DNA of 64,000 nt from Lingula anatina (taxonomy: Eukaryota; Animalia; Brachiopoda): positions 18,042,001-18,106,000 of the forward strand of contig CM120641.1 of the NCBI GenBank assembly GCA_051362555.1, read 5' to 3'. Under the pieces are notes generated by a model. That model was given only the letters and a program-made list of their open reading frames with translations. It searched no databases and was not told the DNA's origin. The first letter of the stretch is position 1; each line of letters opens with the position of its first letter. Below, in pieces: positions 52,501 through 62,770 of this stretch. A program made the translations under genes and the position numbers.

Positions 52501-55500
52501 ATGCATACAACACATTTGTTATAATGTTCACAATTTATAGTGCCTTTAAGACAAAAAAAATGCATCCTGATCATCAGAAATGTAACTCCATATCTGATAT
52601 ATCAAAGGTGTACAAAAAAAAAACATTTACCTGCTTGACATCCTGCTGGAATAATTTCAACCCCAGTCTCTGGTGTAGTTTTACTTTCTTTTCATGCCAC
52701 TCATCTTCTAGCTGTCTGTGCTGGGCTAGTACCTGGAATAGTGATTAACATTATCATCCCAAGCTACATTTCTTACACAGCACTGACAGAGCCAGTGACA
52801 CTTCACTTCTAAAGTGAATCCCTTTATCATTTAATTTTCTTCCCTTCTTTTTCTATTCAATTCTACCCTCCCCTACTTTATTCTGTTCAACCTAGACAAA
52901 AGCGTACTTAGTATTATGCAAAATCGTCTATACAGGATTACATCTTATTCACTAAAGTTTAAACTTATTTACACTGTATAATACTATAATACATCTAAAA
53001 GTAAGCCAAGCCTATGGAGGATGATTTGACTTGCCGAGTATGTGCGATAAAGTGGTAAATTTTCATGAGAGAAAGATGAGGAATAAATGTCTTTGGACAT
53101 TTATTTTTACAGCCAGAGTTTGCACTGACATCTAGTGGACAATGTCACATGCAAAGTCTAGTGAAGAAACTGTAAGTTTGAGAAACTTTCAGAATTATCA
53201 CACAGTGTAAATATGTTTGATCTTTGAGAATAATGAGCATACCTCATGAACAACATCCAATACATGAGCCGCCCCCTCAGAGTAGTCTGCCTTGGCTGTG
53301 ATGGAGTTGGTGCTACAGCTAACTATGGGAGTCTGAAGAGTGTCTAACAGCTGTTTGCCTTCCTGGCACACCTAGAACAAATGTGACATTGATACAGATA
53401 GACAATGGTCGTAAAAATAATAAAGAGAACAACTTGAATTTGTCCACAGGTAAATACCAGCCCTCCAATTGTTGTCATGGTATAAAGAGCAGGCATTCAA
53501 AATTTTTAAAAATCAATAATATTAAATACAAAAAGTAAAAGTGATAATAATTTACTCATACATAAGGGTTCATCAATGAGAAAAGTTTGAAGATTTCATG
53601 ATCTATCATAAAGGAAAAATGAGTAAAACTTTTTTAATACTAATTGCAGGAAAATGTATCATGTAGTAAGTGAAAGTGAATTTTAAAAGTTAACAAAGTT
53701 GAATGGTAGTGATGGTGCATTCTGTAATAGTACATCCAGTACTTCTCTATTTCAGTCTATAATGTCGCATTTTTCACACATAAAACAGCTTTTAGTCACT
53801 AGTTAACTTGCTATATGACCTGCGAAAAAAGTTCAAAAGACAGCAGTTGTAGCAGTATCACGATGAGACATGACAGAAGTTTTGTTAGAAAAACATCTAA
53901 GGCCACTGAAAGTAATTAGTAGTACTTCTACTATCAGAGTTAAATCCAGTGATGGTTAAATCCACTTCTAAAATTTCAAACAAATTTCGTCACACAGCAA
54001 ATGTTAAAATTAATGCTTCACATTATGCATCTTTTTTTAATACCAGCACACCAAATGCACACTTGCACAGTTATGTATTAGTTATCAGTGTTAACAATTC
54101 CCACATTGCTTTATTTCTTATAGTAAAAGCATTCTTCTTATATGTCAAATAATTAATTACACTGAAATCATTAAAGTAAACTTTAAGCCTATCCTTTAAC
54201 AGCTGTTATTTACCAAATATCACTTGATTTATGCTCTTTTGTTTGACATGCAACCGAATTTTTTTAGTAATTGCAGATCAAGGTCTGAACATTTTTTTAT
54301 AACATTTTCCAAGTTAAATACCACAGCTACTGAACTTAAACCCTCAATATTGTTAACCATACATTTCGAAGGCATTTGTCATATATAACCTTTCTTATTA
54401 TATTAAAAGATAATTTAATAAAATATTCGAGTAAAAAAGTTACAAGAAGTATCCTACTTCAAGCCTCAAGATCCAAGCCTAAACTCGAATTGTGGAATCA
54501 ATTTCTGGGAGCAAAATAAAATTTTATATCTAAAGAGAGCAAGCTCATTTTTTGCAGCTGTTCAATGATAGGCAACACAATTGTGAGTAAATTACAGTTA
54601 TCAAATCTGGCCATCAAAACTATAAAATTGCAATAAATTAATGTGTATATCAAGCAAGCATCACACCCTTGTCAGCTAGTGAGTCCTAAAAAAATCTACA
54701 ACTGCTTTTACCATTTCCTGTTTCACTACTGCTAATTGAGCGAGCGATGAGATCTCGACCATCTGGACATGCAAAAATTGAGAAAAAATATTAACGTCAG
54801 ATCATGCATGGGTGGTAAGAGCAACACAAAGCATTGGTAATTGTTCATACAACACTATCAAACCCCACACACCAATCAATATATCTTGAGCCATAAAGCA
54901 CAGGAATCAAGCCAGTGTTTCTCTGGGTTACCTCAGTATAAGACTGGTTAATAATTTCAATGAGATTCTGGTGCTGACTGATGGCTTCTTCTATCTGCTG
55001 GGTTTCCTCTGGAACCTCTACCTTCTCTATAGCAGACTGCCAGTTGGGAACTTCGTTCAGATACTAGAATAATAATAATAATAATAATTTGTTCAGCTTA
55101 CAATATATACAGTGAAATAAATTCATTCATCAATCTATACATCAGAAATAAATTTCTGTTGGAGCTTCTAAAAGAGAAATATTAATCATAAAAATTATTT
55201 TAAAAAAAGTGGAAAAATGAAGAAAAATTATTCATAAACCTATAAAAAGGCAAAAACTTTTAAAAACTCTCACTACCGCTGTAAGTTTTAACAATCTAAA
55301 AGCATGGTGATAAAAGCCCCTCACTGTATTCTCCCTGTGATATTCAGAGATACAACTAAGAGGGTATTTCACATTTTTACCCTTTTACCATAAGAAACAC
55401 CTCTGTTATATGGCTTCCCTTGTTATTCTATCATTTTTTTAATAATGGTTGTAAAAGATTCCATATTTATTATCACTTAACTGCAAATCTGCAACTTATG

Positions 55501-58500
55501 AGTTACGTATCAACCATATATATAAGCCACAACGCACATATAAGCCGATTGCAGTAAAAATATTTGAAAGAAATCTTCATTCCCATCAAGCCCTTCAGCG
55601 TCACACCTATAAATGTCTTTTATGCAGGTTACTCATTCAATCATAATTCACTCAAATGAAGTTTAAAATAAAGGGTGACTTGGAACAGGATGATGAAACA
55701 TCTTCACCACCAATTATGAACAAGAGCGAGAATAGATCCAATTTTGTATTCTCAGCAGATTGGATAAGTCTCCAAGAAGAAGATGCTATGTCGTCAATCA
55801 TACCAAACTGTAAGCCCAGTAATAGATTTAAAACTAAATCACATCTTCTTTTCTCCTGGATATGAACTCACCAGCTCAGCTCTTTTATGGAACATCACAG
55901 ACATGCTTAATACTGTGCTGCGGTCATCAAGGGCAGCCTGGTAAGCTTTCCACTCCCGGTCCAACTTAGTGGACTGGACATGGATAGTATTGGCAGCATA
56001 GTGACCCGACTCAACCAACTGCTCTGCTATTGACAGGATACGACTTATGCTGTTGTAAATATTCTGAAAGGGCCAAAAATATGTCAGTGAGAAGTATCTT
56101 TTAAATTTTTGCCTTTATGTTGCCATAACAGATAATGCAGCTTTTATACTAAGAATTAGAAATATAGTGCCCAGACTACAGCTGTTGCCTTGCTTCCAGG
56201 TGACATAGTTAATGCTGCTGTAAATTCTTAAAGCAGAAAGAAAATACATTTATTTAATATAATTGTTTATTTAAAAGATTTTTTTCAATTAGACCACTGT
56301 AAATAAACATGTATGGACAAGATGTTACTGTAAAAGCAATTTTAAAATATTACATTTCTATTTAAAAATGCAGTTCAAGTTAAACACCGTTTCAAAGACA
56401 TTACTACTACTAATATACTGCTACTGTTTCTACACCTACCAAAGAGTCTTTGGCAAACCCAGTATGGAGTTCATGCAGCTCCTGAGCATTCTGGAAGGAC
56501 ATGCCAATTCTGGTGTAGCTGACCAGGAAAGAACGCTTACTACGGTTGAGCCAGTCATATGTCTGAAAAACAAAAATATAGATATGAAAATTTTTCCCTG
56601 CCAATACAGGGATTTATTTGGGTCAGAAAATAGTACCTTGAATTCAGGGACCTCCCCCCCCTCCCAATCCACCCACTAAATCAGGGACTGCCCCACAACA
56701 CACACTATAATATATTAAAGGACAGTATTTCTTGTTAATCCAATTATTCTTCTTTCTATCAATGAAGTGCAATTATCAAGGTTCTGATTCAAATTATTAG
56801 TTTGGCATTGACATATCAGTTGTTCCTATTGGAATTCTATTAATCTTTACATGTAATACATCATATGAAACAGCTGTGCTCAGCCAATATGACATACTAT
56901 GGTGCTAGTCATGCCGAGAGCTACCAGAGACAGAGAAGCGATTGCTGGCCAGTGCTATGAAGCAGGGCACACTATGGTTATGATGATATCTAGAGTGACC
57001 ACAGCAGCTCAGCAACCACAATCAATATCTTCCCCACTGAGGAACAATTTAATTTAGCTTTACAAGCAAAATAGTGATTGTCCTCTCACACTTCTCATTT
57101 TTTAAACAAGCTTTTTTATTTGGGGGGAGGGCGGAGGTTGTCCAGTCATTTTGAATGTGAACATAATTCCATGCGTAAAGCAAATGTTCCATGAGTAAAG
57201 CGTAAAGTTCCCAAAACAATGTCCAAGTACAGACACTTTTTAATGTGGTATTTGGTGAACTAAAAAGCTGGTGTAATCCAATAGCAATACCAATAGTTAT
57301 ATCTTTTTTCATGGAGTCAAAATACACTACAGTCAAAATACACTACATACTTAATCTATTAATTCTGTATTTTAGCCATTTATAATCCAAAAGGCCATCA
57401 GACCTAGGCCCAGAACAGTCTAGTACATGTACCTTGTCTACATCTCTCTCAAAGAGTCTAAGTTGATGGCATTGGTCTAGCTTGGCTTTCTTCAGGTGCC
57501 ATAGCTGGTACAAATGCTGCCTGGTAGAGTGGAGATTATCAAGGAATTTTTTGATCTGAGGAACCACGGTGATGAAGTCTGCATTCCCAGAATGCACCGG
57601 CCCTGTCTCATTGTAACTGCCTGTGGGATAAGAAACCGAAGAATAACAAAAACAAAATTCATGAAGAAATAATATTAATTTGTCTTTATTCATTATATCT
57701 CTCCAAAAGAAGAAAAATCCAACAGGTAAAATGGAAGCTTGCTGAAATATACATCAGTAACCCATATATGTTGATTAAAAGATTCCTTCATTATATAATT
57801 AAAAAAGTGGTTTTGTTTCTATACTTATGTATTTCATATATTCTCATGGGATAGATTTTGCATTTAGTAATATACAGCTGACTTGTGGACCCAGTGAAAC
57901 ATTCATTAACAGGTCATAAAAATATAATACATTAGTACAAATATGAACCATTAATTTCAATCATTCATTTCATTCTATTGCCATCATCCTCATTATTCTT
58001 GCCACTAAGAGGATGATAGTAAAATGAACAAGGTCTATTGGCTTCTCTACTCATACCCACCATCTCTATTATAAGCACCTATTCTCTGCAAGATCCTCCT
58101 CCCCTCTAGGTCAAGAGTGTCAATGGGGGCGTGGTCTACCTTGGTTTTGATCCTGCCATGTTCTTCTAGTCTGTACTGGGAGACCTTCAAGTCTTCTGGC
58201 AACTCGGGGTGTTTCAGGATCAACTGGATTTGATCAAATCTTGCTAGCAAATCTGTGGTTTTGTAGGTGAATTCTTCCAAAAGCTGGAAATGAAAAATGA
58301 ATCTTTTATCATAATGGCTGCTTGTAATTTTCAATTCAAGGAGTGTGAAACACAAAACATTATCAAACAAGTCTGAAACAATTTATGCCAAAATATGGCA
58401 GTTTTTTTCCCCTCAAATAACTCCTTGGTTAAACAGGGACTGTAATAACCGTACAGCTCACTTGACCTATCTCACTTATAAGTTAAGAATAATGGAGATC

Positions 58501-58696
58501 AAAATTAACAGAAACATGTTCATGCATAAAGTCCACATTCTTGCTTGACCACAAAAAGTTTCTCCAATTAGTCTCTAAGGAGTTGCAATTACAGCACATT
58601 TTTTTTAATCAGACTAAACTGAGCATGATACCCAACCAAAAAGGGGCAATCTAAAATCTCTGACTTACACCAACTGCAATTTGGGTAAATGAACCT

Positions 58697-58734
<38 letters not shown>

Positions 58735-60864
58735 TATTCATTATCAGCTTATTGACATAGTAGGCACTAAGTTAGATCAGCCCATCACCAATGGAGACAG
58801 GCCTTGAGCTTTACCCTGAATTATTAAGCTTGGTTCAAAATAAAGGTATGATCCTAATGGTACTCTTTTACAAACTTGCCAGACAAACTTTTTGTGTTCA
58901 AGCAAGAATGTTCAATTTATGTGCAGACACATCTTTGTTGGTCATCATGGTTTCTCAGCTAATGTAAACATCGCATAATTTCAGGACTGATCACGACACC
59001 TACCAATCTAAGCTCTATCCACTCCTCATGAAAATAATTTAGCGTTCCATCAAAATCTGCAGTTAGCTGATCTGAGTCAACTATCTTCAGTAAGCTGTCT
59101 ATGGAGATCATGTGTGTCTGAAATAATAATGATAATAATAATAAAGTTTTCAGTAAGTGTTTCTGTTCCTAAACATCATTTTAACCACTGTATAAATTAT
59201 AGACACAATGTTGTGACTGTTTTATCAATGCTATGTTTAATAGTTGGGCATGTTTTACATTTTCCAAGATCACAGAAAGAGAAAAATATTTCTGCAAACA
59301 GTTGGTCCACAGCAGAATAATTCCCACCATGGCAAAAAGTCTCATTAGGAGTCTGGCAGAAAAAAAAAAGCCTTACAAAAAATCTTACTGATTTTAGTTC
59401 CACTATCACAAGAACACAGAAGAGCACATAAACAGTGAACCTCTAATATTTATTACTACACCCTTCCTGTAATGGCAGTTACTGAGTACATAACGGGTGC
59501 ATTGCTCTTAACAGGGGCACCTCAAATGAAGTAGGTGCTCATATCTTATAGAGATATATGATTGTAAAAACTGTTGAGAAGGAAGAAATTAGCCGAATAC
59601 CACCCCCATTTCCCCTAAAGCTTAACATAGGTGTATCAATAAGAATAAAATTAATAGGGATGGGTGGGTGGGGTGGAAATGTTATTTACTTTCTGGACAA
59701 TTAAATTTAATGACAAAAACCCTTTCAATGGATTGTTTGAAGATTCTCTGTTTGAAAAAAAAAAACATACGCAATGCTATATCTGTGATTATAGATGGTC
59801 AAATACCAACAACAAGAAAATTCATTGCGGGCTCTTTTCACACTACTTGAAGAGATGAAATGGATTATTCAAGAAACTGCTTCTGATACCAACCTCAAAC
59901 TTATATTTCGAACTACCTATACTGGTTCTCTGCTTCTCCCAAAATTTCTCTGGCTTGATGATAAAAGTTATATTCACATTCCCCGGAAAACACTCCTAGA
60001 ATGAACAAAGCACATCATAAAAATGGCAGTGTGTGTGCGTGCATGCGTGTGTGAGCATGCACAAAACTCATATAACCAAAGCTGGTCTGATTTCAGCATA
60101 CGCATTATGGCCAAGAAACAAATAACAATTTTAACAAACCCAAACATTTTAAAGCAGATTTTAGCTACTTATAGCTTATTTTTTTAAATCTTCAAAGGAC
60201 TTTATATGGCCCATCACTTGTAAATCCAAACAGCAAGCATTTTACCCACTGTTGTTAATTTTTATTTTTAAAAGAATATTTAAAAGAACTGGTGTTTATC
60301 CTACATATTTTTGCAATAAAGATTATCACCCTATTCAAACAATTCCTGTACAATTTAATTTCATTTATTTTGGCAACGTTACTTAACTCCCAAATTCAAA
60401 TCCCAAACATGAAGTTTGTGGTCAATAAGTTCCCAATGGAAATTAGTTATTCTATTTAATCACTTCAAGGTTAAACCAATGGCAAAACAGCGAAAAAATT
60501 TCAATAAAAATGTCTTGGGATTTGCTGAGTTGAAAATGTGTTATTAAGTTTAACAGTGAATTTTGATAACAACATAAATATAGGCAATGTTCACTACTGA
60601 TACTGCTAATAATAATAATATTAATACAACTTTATCTTTTATTTACTAATACTAGGATGATAAGATTAAATCAACCCATAATTACATAAAATATAAAAAC
60701 TAAAAATCTTTTTACTTCTACTGGGTTGTTTTTCATTTATTTATACATCAAAAACAAGGGCAAGCCAACTCACCTGTAAGGCTTTGAGTATTGGTTTTAC
60801 ATTATTCCACGTTGACCCTCGCATATCTATGATGACTGTGAAGCCTCTTTCCTTCACCTCATCA
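6657..60864 (-). CDS. TRIO: Trio/Kalirin-family triple functional domain RhoGEF, partial (33 exons; Sec14 C-term, spectrin repeats, DH1-PH1, linker); gene extends beyond both window edges
   Basis: Spliced translation gives Trio-diagnostic motifs in order: [107 protein letters not shown]. All 32 introns are GT-AG with compatible phases; family assignment is from recalled human TRIO/KALRN sequence. Confidence 0.97.
7753..7994. mobile_element. PIF/Harbinger-type MITE, 242 bp
   Basis: About 55-bp TIRs (GACCGCATTCACATCGAGTT...CTAAATATG, 3 mismatches) flanked by a TAA target-site duplication. Confidence 0.88.
8121..9189. mobile_element. Non-autonomous Kolobok-type DNA transposon
   Basis: TTAA|AGGGATAATAACT ... 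AGTTATTATCCCT|TTAA: TTAA TSD with AG...CT termini, typical of Kolobok rather than piggyBac (CC...GG); imperfect TIR extends about 35 bp. Confidence 0.82.
8465..9036. mobile_element. Long-TIR foldback element nested in the Kolobok
   Basis: Inverted arms of about 250 bp (8465-8716 and 8772-9036) starting TTCGGTACTTTTGTAGTATACCCC / GGGGTATACTACAAAAGTACCGAA. Confidence 0.85.
12177..12240. repeat. (AG)n microsatellite next to the w32 donor
   Basis: Direct reading. Confidence 0.97.
12249..12400 (-). CDS. TRIO: Trio exon w32 (PH1 end): [21 protein letters not shown]...ASQRSS
   Basis: tatcag| ... AG|gtgtgt; 152 nt, phase 0 to 2. Confidence 0.92.
12637..12738 (-). CDS. TRIO: Trio exon w31 (PH1): [34 protein letters not shown]
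   Basis: tttcag| ... AAG|gtaaga; 102 nt. Confidence 0.96.
13203..13385 (-). CDS. TRIO: Trio exon w30 (PH1): [19 protein letters not shown]...KYIFKFKLM
   Basis: ttccag| ... ATG|gtaagt; 183 nt. Confidence 0.96.
13545..13706. repeat. Degenerate minisatellite built from tgtggtca / gttatccac units
   Basis: Repeated ggtcagttatccactgt variants. Confidence 0.85.
14051..14128 (-). CDS. TRIO: Trio exon w29 (DH1 end): [26 protein letters not shown]
   Basis: tttcag| ... GAG|gtaaga; 78 nt. Confidence 0.96.
14384..14518 (-). CDS. TRIO: Trio exon w28 (DH1): [45 protein letters not shown]
   Basis: ctccag| ... AAG|gtgaga; 135 nt. Confidence 0.96.
14906..14995 (-). CDS. TRIO: Trio exon w27 (DH1): [30 protein letters not shown]
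   Basis: tttcag| ... GAG|gtatag; 90 nt. Confidence 0.96.
15211..15280 (-). CDS. TRIO: Trio exon w26 (DH1): [23 protein letters not shown]
   Basis: ctccag| ... TGG|gtaaga; 70 nt, phase 2 to 0. Confidence 0.96.
15528..15707 (-). CDS. TRIO: Trio exon w25 (DH1): [17 protein letters not shown]...[13 protein letters not shown]
   Basis: ttgcag| ... AG|gtgagt; 180 nt, phase 2 to 2. Confidence 0.96.
15841..15914. repeat. (TCAA)n/(TAAA)n tetranucleotide microsatellite
   Basis: Direct reading. Confidence 0.97.
15930..16033 (-). CDS. TRIO: Trio exon w24 (pre-DH linker): [16 protein letters not shown]...[14 protein letters not shown]
   Basis: ttttag| ... GA|gtatgt; 104 nt, phase 0 to 2. Confidence 0.94.
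16291..16476 (-). CDS. TRIO: Trio exon w23 (last spectrin repeat): [24 protein letters not shown]...LGVHSPE
   Basis: ttacag| ... GAG|gtatgt; 186 nt. Confidence 0.96.
16820..16942 (-). CDS. TRIO: Trio exon w22 (spectrin): [17 protein letters not shown]...EFKATAK
   Basis: tcttag| ... AAG|gtaagt; 123 nt. Confidence 0.96.
17091..17210 (-). pseudogene. Decayed partial copy (pseudo-exon) of DH1 exon w25 including its donor site
   Basis: 17101-17210 aligns by hand to 15528-15638 at about 85% identity with a 1-nt deletion; donor AG|gttagtgaat versus the original AG|gtgagtgaat. Confidence 0.9.
17288..17403 (-). CDS. TRIO: Trio exon w21 (spectrin): [38 protein letters not shown]
   Basis: tttcag| ... 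CAA|gtgagt; 116 nt, phase 1 to 0. Confidence 0.95.
17533..17672. mobile_element. Short hAT-like non-autonomous element with G-rich and C-rich subterminal tracts
   Basis: Termini CAGGCCCGTGGCCGG ... CTGGCTACGGGCCATG; no intact 8-bp TSD seen. Confidence 0.55.
17969..18080 (-). CDS. TRIO: Trio exon w20 (spectrin): [19 protein letters not shown]...PEQQVK
   Basis: ctccag| ... AAAG|gtaaga; 112 nt, phase 0 to 1. Confidence 0.95.
18501..18647 (-). CDS. TRIO: Trio exon w19 (spectrin): [19 protein letters not shown]...[10 protein letters not shown]
   Basis: cctaag| ... AAG|gtaggc; 147 nt. Confidence 0.95.
19718..19909 (-). CDS. TRIO: Trio exon w18 (spectrin): [17 protein letters not shown]...WYKTAEQ
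   Basis: ttgcag| ... CAG|gtgaga; 192 nt. Confidence 0.96.
20945..21064 (-). CDS. TRIO: Trio exon w17 (spectrin): [15 protein letters not shown]...[10 protein letters not shown]
   Basis: ttttag| ... GAG|gtaaca; 120 nt. Confidence 0.96.
24361..24477 (-). CDS. Candidate alternative first coding exon with hydrophobic leader ((MLTTSN)[33 protein letters not shown]) splicing in frame to w17
   Basis: ATGs at 24477 and 24459 (aacATGG), open frame to phase-0 donor AAG|gtattg, local CpG cluster. Confidence 0.45.
27156..27308. repeat. Tandem duplication of a roughly 78-bp unit
   Basis: atactttaatatc...gataaga.cttgtgcttgt...ttacttcata.caaatat twice. Confidence 0.85.
32094..32263. repeat. 20-bp minisatellite (cctggctgacagtcctccat-like), about 8 units
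   Basis: ggctgaca/ggctaaca recurs every 20 bp. Confidence 0.9.
32492..32674 (-). CDS. TRIO: Trio exon w16 (spectrin): [22 protein letters not shown]...[10 protein letters not shown]
   Basis: ttctag| ... CAG|gtgagt; 183 nt. Confidence 0.95.
34497..34612. mobile_element. Short Harbinger-type MITE, 116 bp
   Basis: CAG|GGCCCCGTAACTCAAAAGCAT ... ATGCTTTTGAGTGAAGGGGCC|CAG; 3-bp CWG TSD. Confidence 0.8.
34697..34974 (-). CDS. TRIO: Trio exon w15 (spectrin): [24 protein letters not shown]...RGQELCT
   Basis: ttttttcccaaag| ... ACA|gtaagt; 278 nt, phase 1 to 0. Confidence 0.93.
35278..35333 (-). CDS. TRIO: Trio exon w14 (short): [18 protein letters not shown]
   Basis: tttcag| ... GAAG|gtaaag; 56 nt, phase 2 to 1, needed to reconcile the phases of its neighbours. 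Confidence 0.88.
36630..36799 (-). CDS. TRIO: Trio exon w13 (spectrin): [13 protein letters not shown]...[10 protein letters not shown]
   Basis: ttccag| ... AG|gtaaac; 170 nt, phase 0 to 2. Confidence 0.95.
37640..37831 (-). CDS. TRIO: Trio exon w12 (spectrin): [28 protein letters not shown]...FYTHVKE
   Basis: tttcag| ... GAA|gtaagc; 192 nt. Confidence 0.96.
39049..39303. mobile_element. PIF/Harbinger-type MITE, 255 bp (family A)
   Basis: TAA|GAGCCCATTCCCATAGACACCATCAGTCT ... AGACTGATGGTGTCTGTGGCAATGGGGTC|TAA. Confidence 0.85.
45289..45385 (-). CDS. Candidate alternative start-codon exon ([27 protein letters not shown]) splicing in frame to w12
   Basis: Acceptor gtttttattattcag|, 16 nt leader ending in an in-frame TAG, ATG at 45369, 27 open codons, phase-0 donor CAG|gtataa. 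Confidence 0.5.
45664..45722. repeat. 27-bp tandem repeat, about 2.2 copies
   Basis: ttcatcaatctta...agacctgacacc twice. Confidence 0.85.
49497..49535. repeat. (CA)n microsatellite
   Basis: Direct reading. Confidence 0.97.
50850..51420 (-). promoter_or_regulatory. Candidate internal promoter or non-coding first exon
   Basis: About 12 CpGs in 51150-51415 against a CpG-poor background; consensus donor CTG|gtgagt at 50850. Confidence 0.3.
52261..52383 (-). CDS. TRIO: Trio exon w11 (spectrin): [13 protein letters not shown]...HENFEAIAQ
   Basis: aatcag| ... CAG|gtaagg; 123 nt. Confidence 0.95.
52631..52732 (-). CDS. TRIO: Trio exon w10 (spectrin): [34 protein letters not shown]
   Basis: ttccag| ... 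CAG|gtaaat; 102 nt. Confidence 0.95.
53243..53371 (-). CDS. TRIO: Trio exon w9 (spectrin): [15 protein letters not shown]...HVLDVVHE
   Basis: ttctag| ... GAG|gtatgc; 129 nt. Confidence 0.95.
54932..55063 (-). CDS. TRIO: Trio exon w8 (spectrin): [11 protein letters not shown]...IINQSYTE
   Basis: ttctag| ... GAG|gtaacc; 132 nt. Confidence 0.95.
55872..56063 (-). CDS. TRIO: Trio exon w7 (spectrin): [24 protein letters not shown]...FHKRAEL
   Basis: tttcag| ... CTG|gtgagt; 192 nt. Confidence 0.95.
56440..56562 (-). CDS. TRIO: Trio exon w6 (spectrin): TYDWLNRSK...HTGFAKDSL
   Basis: tttcag| ... TTG|gtaggt; 123 nt. Confidence 0.95.
57433..57620 (-). CDS. TRIO: Trio exon w5 (spectrin): [15 protein letters not shown]...[16 protein letters not shown]
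   Basis: ccacag| ... AAG|gtacat; 188 nt, phase 1 to 0. Confidence 0.92.
58061..58283 (-). CDS. TRIO: Trio exon w4 (spectrin region): LLEEFTYK...[17 protein letters not shown]
   Basis: ttccag| ... GATG|gtgggt; 223 nt, phase 0 to 1; an alternative donor 4 nt downstream would end the exon at 58057. Confidence 0.9.
58701..58732. repeat. Poly-T run (32 nt)
   Basis: Direct reading. Confidence 0.95.
59004..59117 (-). CDS. TRIO: Trio exon w3 (Sec14 end): [38 protein letters not shown]
   Basis: tttcag| ... TTG|gtaggt; 114 nt. Confidence 0.95.
59894..59995 (-). CDS. TRIO: Trio exon w2 (Sec14): [34 protein letters not shown]
   Basis: ttctag| ... GAG|gttggt; 102 nt. Confidence 0.95.
60774..60864 (-). 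CDS. TRIO: Trio exon w1 (Sec14/CRAL-TRIO): [30 protein letters not shown]
   Basis: ttacag| ... CAG|gtgagt; 91 nt, phase 2 to 0. Confidence 0.95.
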
Positions 60865-61042
60865 CTGTAATATTAAAAATAACACCATAGTACAAGATAC
60901 ATAAGTGTAATATTGCAAAACTCTGTGAATTTATATCACTTTACAAGCTCAAACCTAATGGGAGAAGGAAAAGGTAAGAATATATTTCCCACAATTGCAA
61001 AAAGAATAACATGATACCTAACTTGGCCCAAGGATAATAAAA

Positions 61043-61293
61043 GGGACCATTCCCACAGATATTTGGATCGATCTATCTCCCTGGGGAGTCTCACTAAATT
61101 GCTATCAATCTAACCGGATTAAATGTCTTCCACACCTAGTAAAGCTGCCAAGGGTACTTATCTTTACCTTAGCTGATTCGGTAGGCGTGACAGACAATTA
61201 AGCTGGTTATTATAAGCTGACAGCAATTTAGTGAGACTCCCCAAGGAGATAGATCGAACCAGATGGATCGTTCTAGGGATGAGAACCCAGTCT
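61043..61293. mobile_element. MITE related to family A
   Basis: Starts gggaccattcccacaga; inner inverted arms 61065-61107 and 61218-61260 (gatctatctcc..ggggagtctcactaaattgct). Confidence 0.7.
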
Positions 61294-62770
61294 AAGACAT
61301 GTAAAACAACAGTGCCATACAATTGACATTCTCTACCCTTTTCCTGGGTGAACTCATCCCACCCTCCTATCCCACCAAAAATAAGGTCTCCAATTTAAAC
61401 ACCATAAGACACCTCCCCTTTGATTTAAACTTTAAATACCCCAGGATCTACCACTGGGAATAATTTGCACAACTATAAAGCTCAGTGCTCATAGTTGCTA
61501 AAAATATGGATGTTCATGATATAATTTAATTACTTTGTGGTTAATTGTTTTCTGATAATGTTCTGGTGGCTCTTCTGTTCTCCACACAGCTGTGCCCACA
61601 GCAATCATATTCACAGTCACCATAATAAGCATGCTAATAATGGCAATATTTAGAATATTCTTTCATATTTCATTTCCTCTGAATAAGAAACATAAATAAA
61701 TTGCCGACTATGATATAACACCTATCTCTCCAATTCAAAGGGATATCTCCTAGAAACAAAACATCCCTGGATCTAGAAATCACTTGAACAAATATAACAT
61801 TTTTTTCTAAATACCACATGGCTGATGAGTTGTTGTATTATTTGGTATGCCAAAGTGTTAAGGGTTAAATTGCCACTTAAGAATTTTCACCTCTCCTAAA
61901 ACATTATACCTGTTATGAAGGAATGCAGCCAGGTGCCTATAACTTGTTATCATTCTACTTAAACTTGGAAAACAAGTTTTGTAGCTAAAATACTTACTAA
62001 ATGTTTTTATAGTATGTTGATTAGGCAACTCAGCAAGTTGAATTATGTATCCACACTTAATGTAGCCAGATTAATAATCCTTGTTGGTATTGTACAAGCA
62101 CAAGGGACAAGTTGTGTTAATGAGAGTACAGAGTTCTGTTGTATTGTGTTTAAGTCCTCCTGTATGACCAGTAATCTACAGTCAATTACTTGGCATATAC
62201 ATGATATGATAAGAGGTCTACTCATAAGGTATGAGTGATAATTTATCACCTAGACCATACAACATCACATTTTCCTGTGCTGCCTAATTTGATATCTATT
62301 CTGAGGCTTTTTCCTACTTTTTCTCTATATCTAAACAGTCACATAAAAACCATGAGGTAAAATGAATAAAAAAAAAAACTGCACATATTACCCTGACATT
62401 TTAAAGAGGAGATACAGTCTCTACTCTAGAAAACAAACACCTGGCCTTTAAGATGTAAAACCCATAACATTTTCTTAAGGGGTTATATCATCTCAAGTTT
62501 TCATCAGGACAACTCAGTCTTGTATGCAGCAACTTCTACGAAATGTCAAAGTTACACAAAAAAATAAACGTTATTTGAGATCACTCATCATCTTCATGTT
62601 CAGCCTCAACCATGATGAAAAATGAATGAAGCAGTTGTAGTTTTATGCTTTTTCTAGGGAAACATATAGTCCACTTTTAACCAGAAGAGACTATGCACAC
62701 TGGACTAAAAAACTGATTGACTGATTTAGACCATGAAGACTATACAAGGGAGCACTCAGGCACATCATAC

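Noticed and set aside
52261-60864. Idea that the Sec14/early-spectrin block is a divergent duplicated module
   Set aside because: Similarity to recalled human TRIO varies exon by exon on both sides of the large intron; no clear break can be supported without an alignment.
61908-61940. GCIPS resembling the upstream Sec14 exon end (LACIPS)
   Set aside because: Flanked by in-frame stops; no valid exon.
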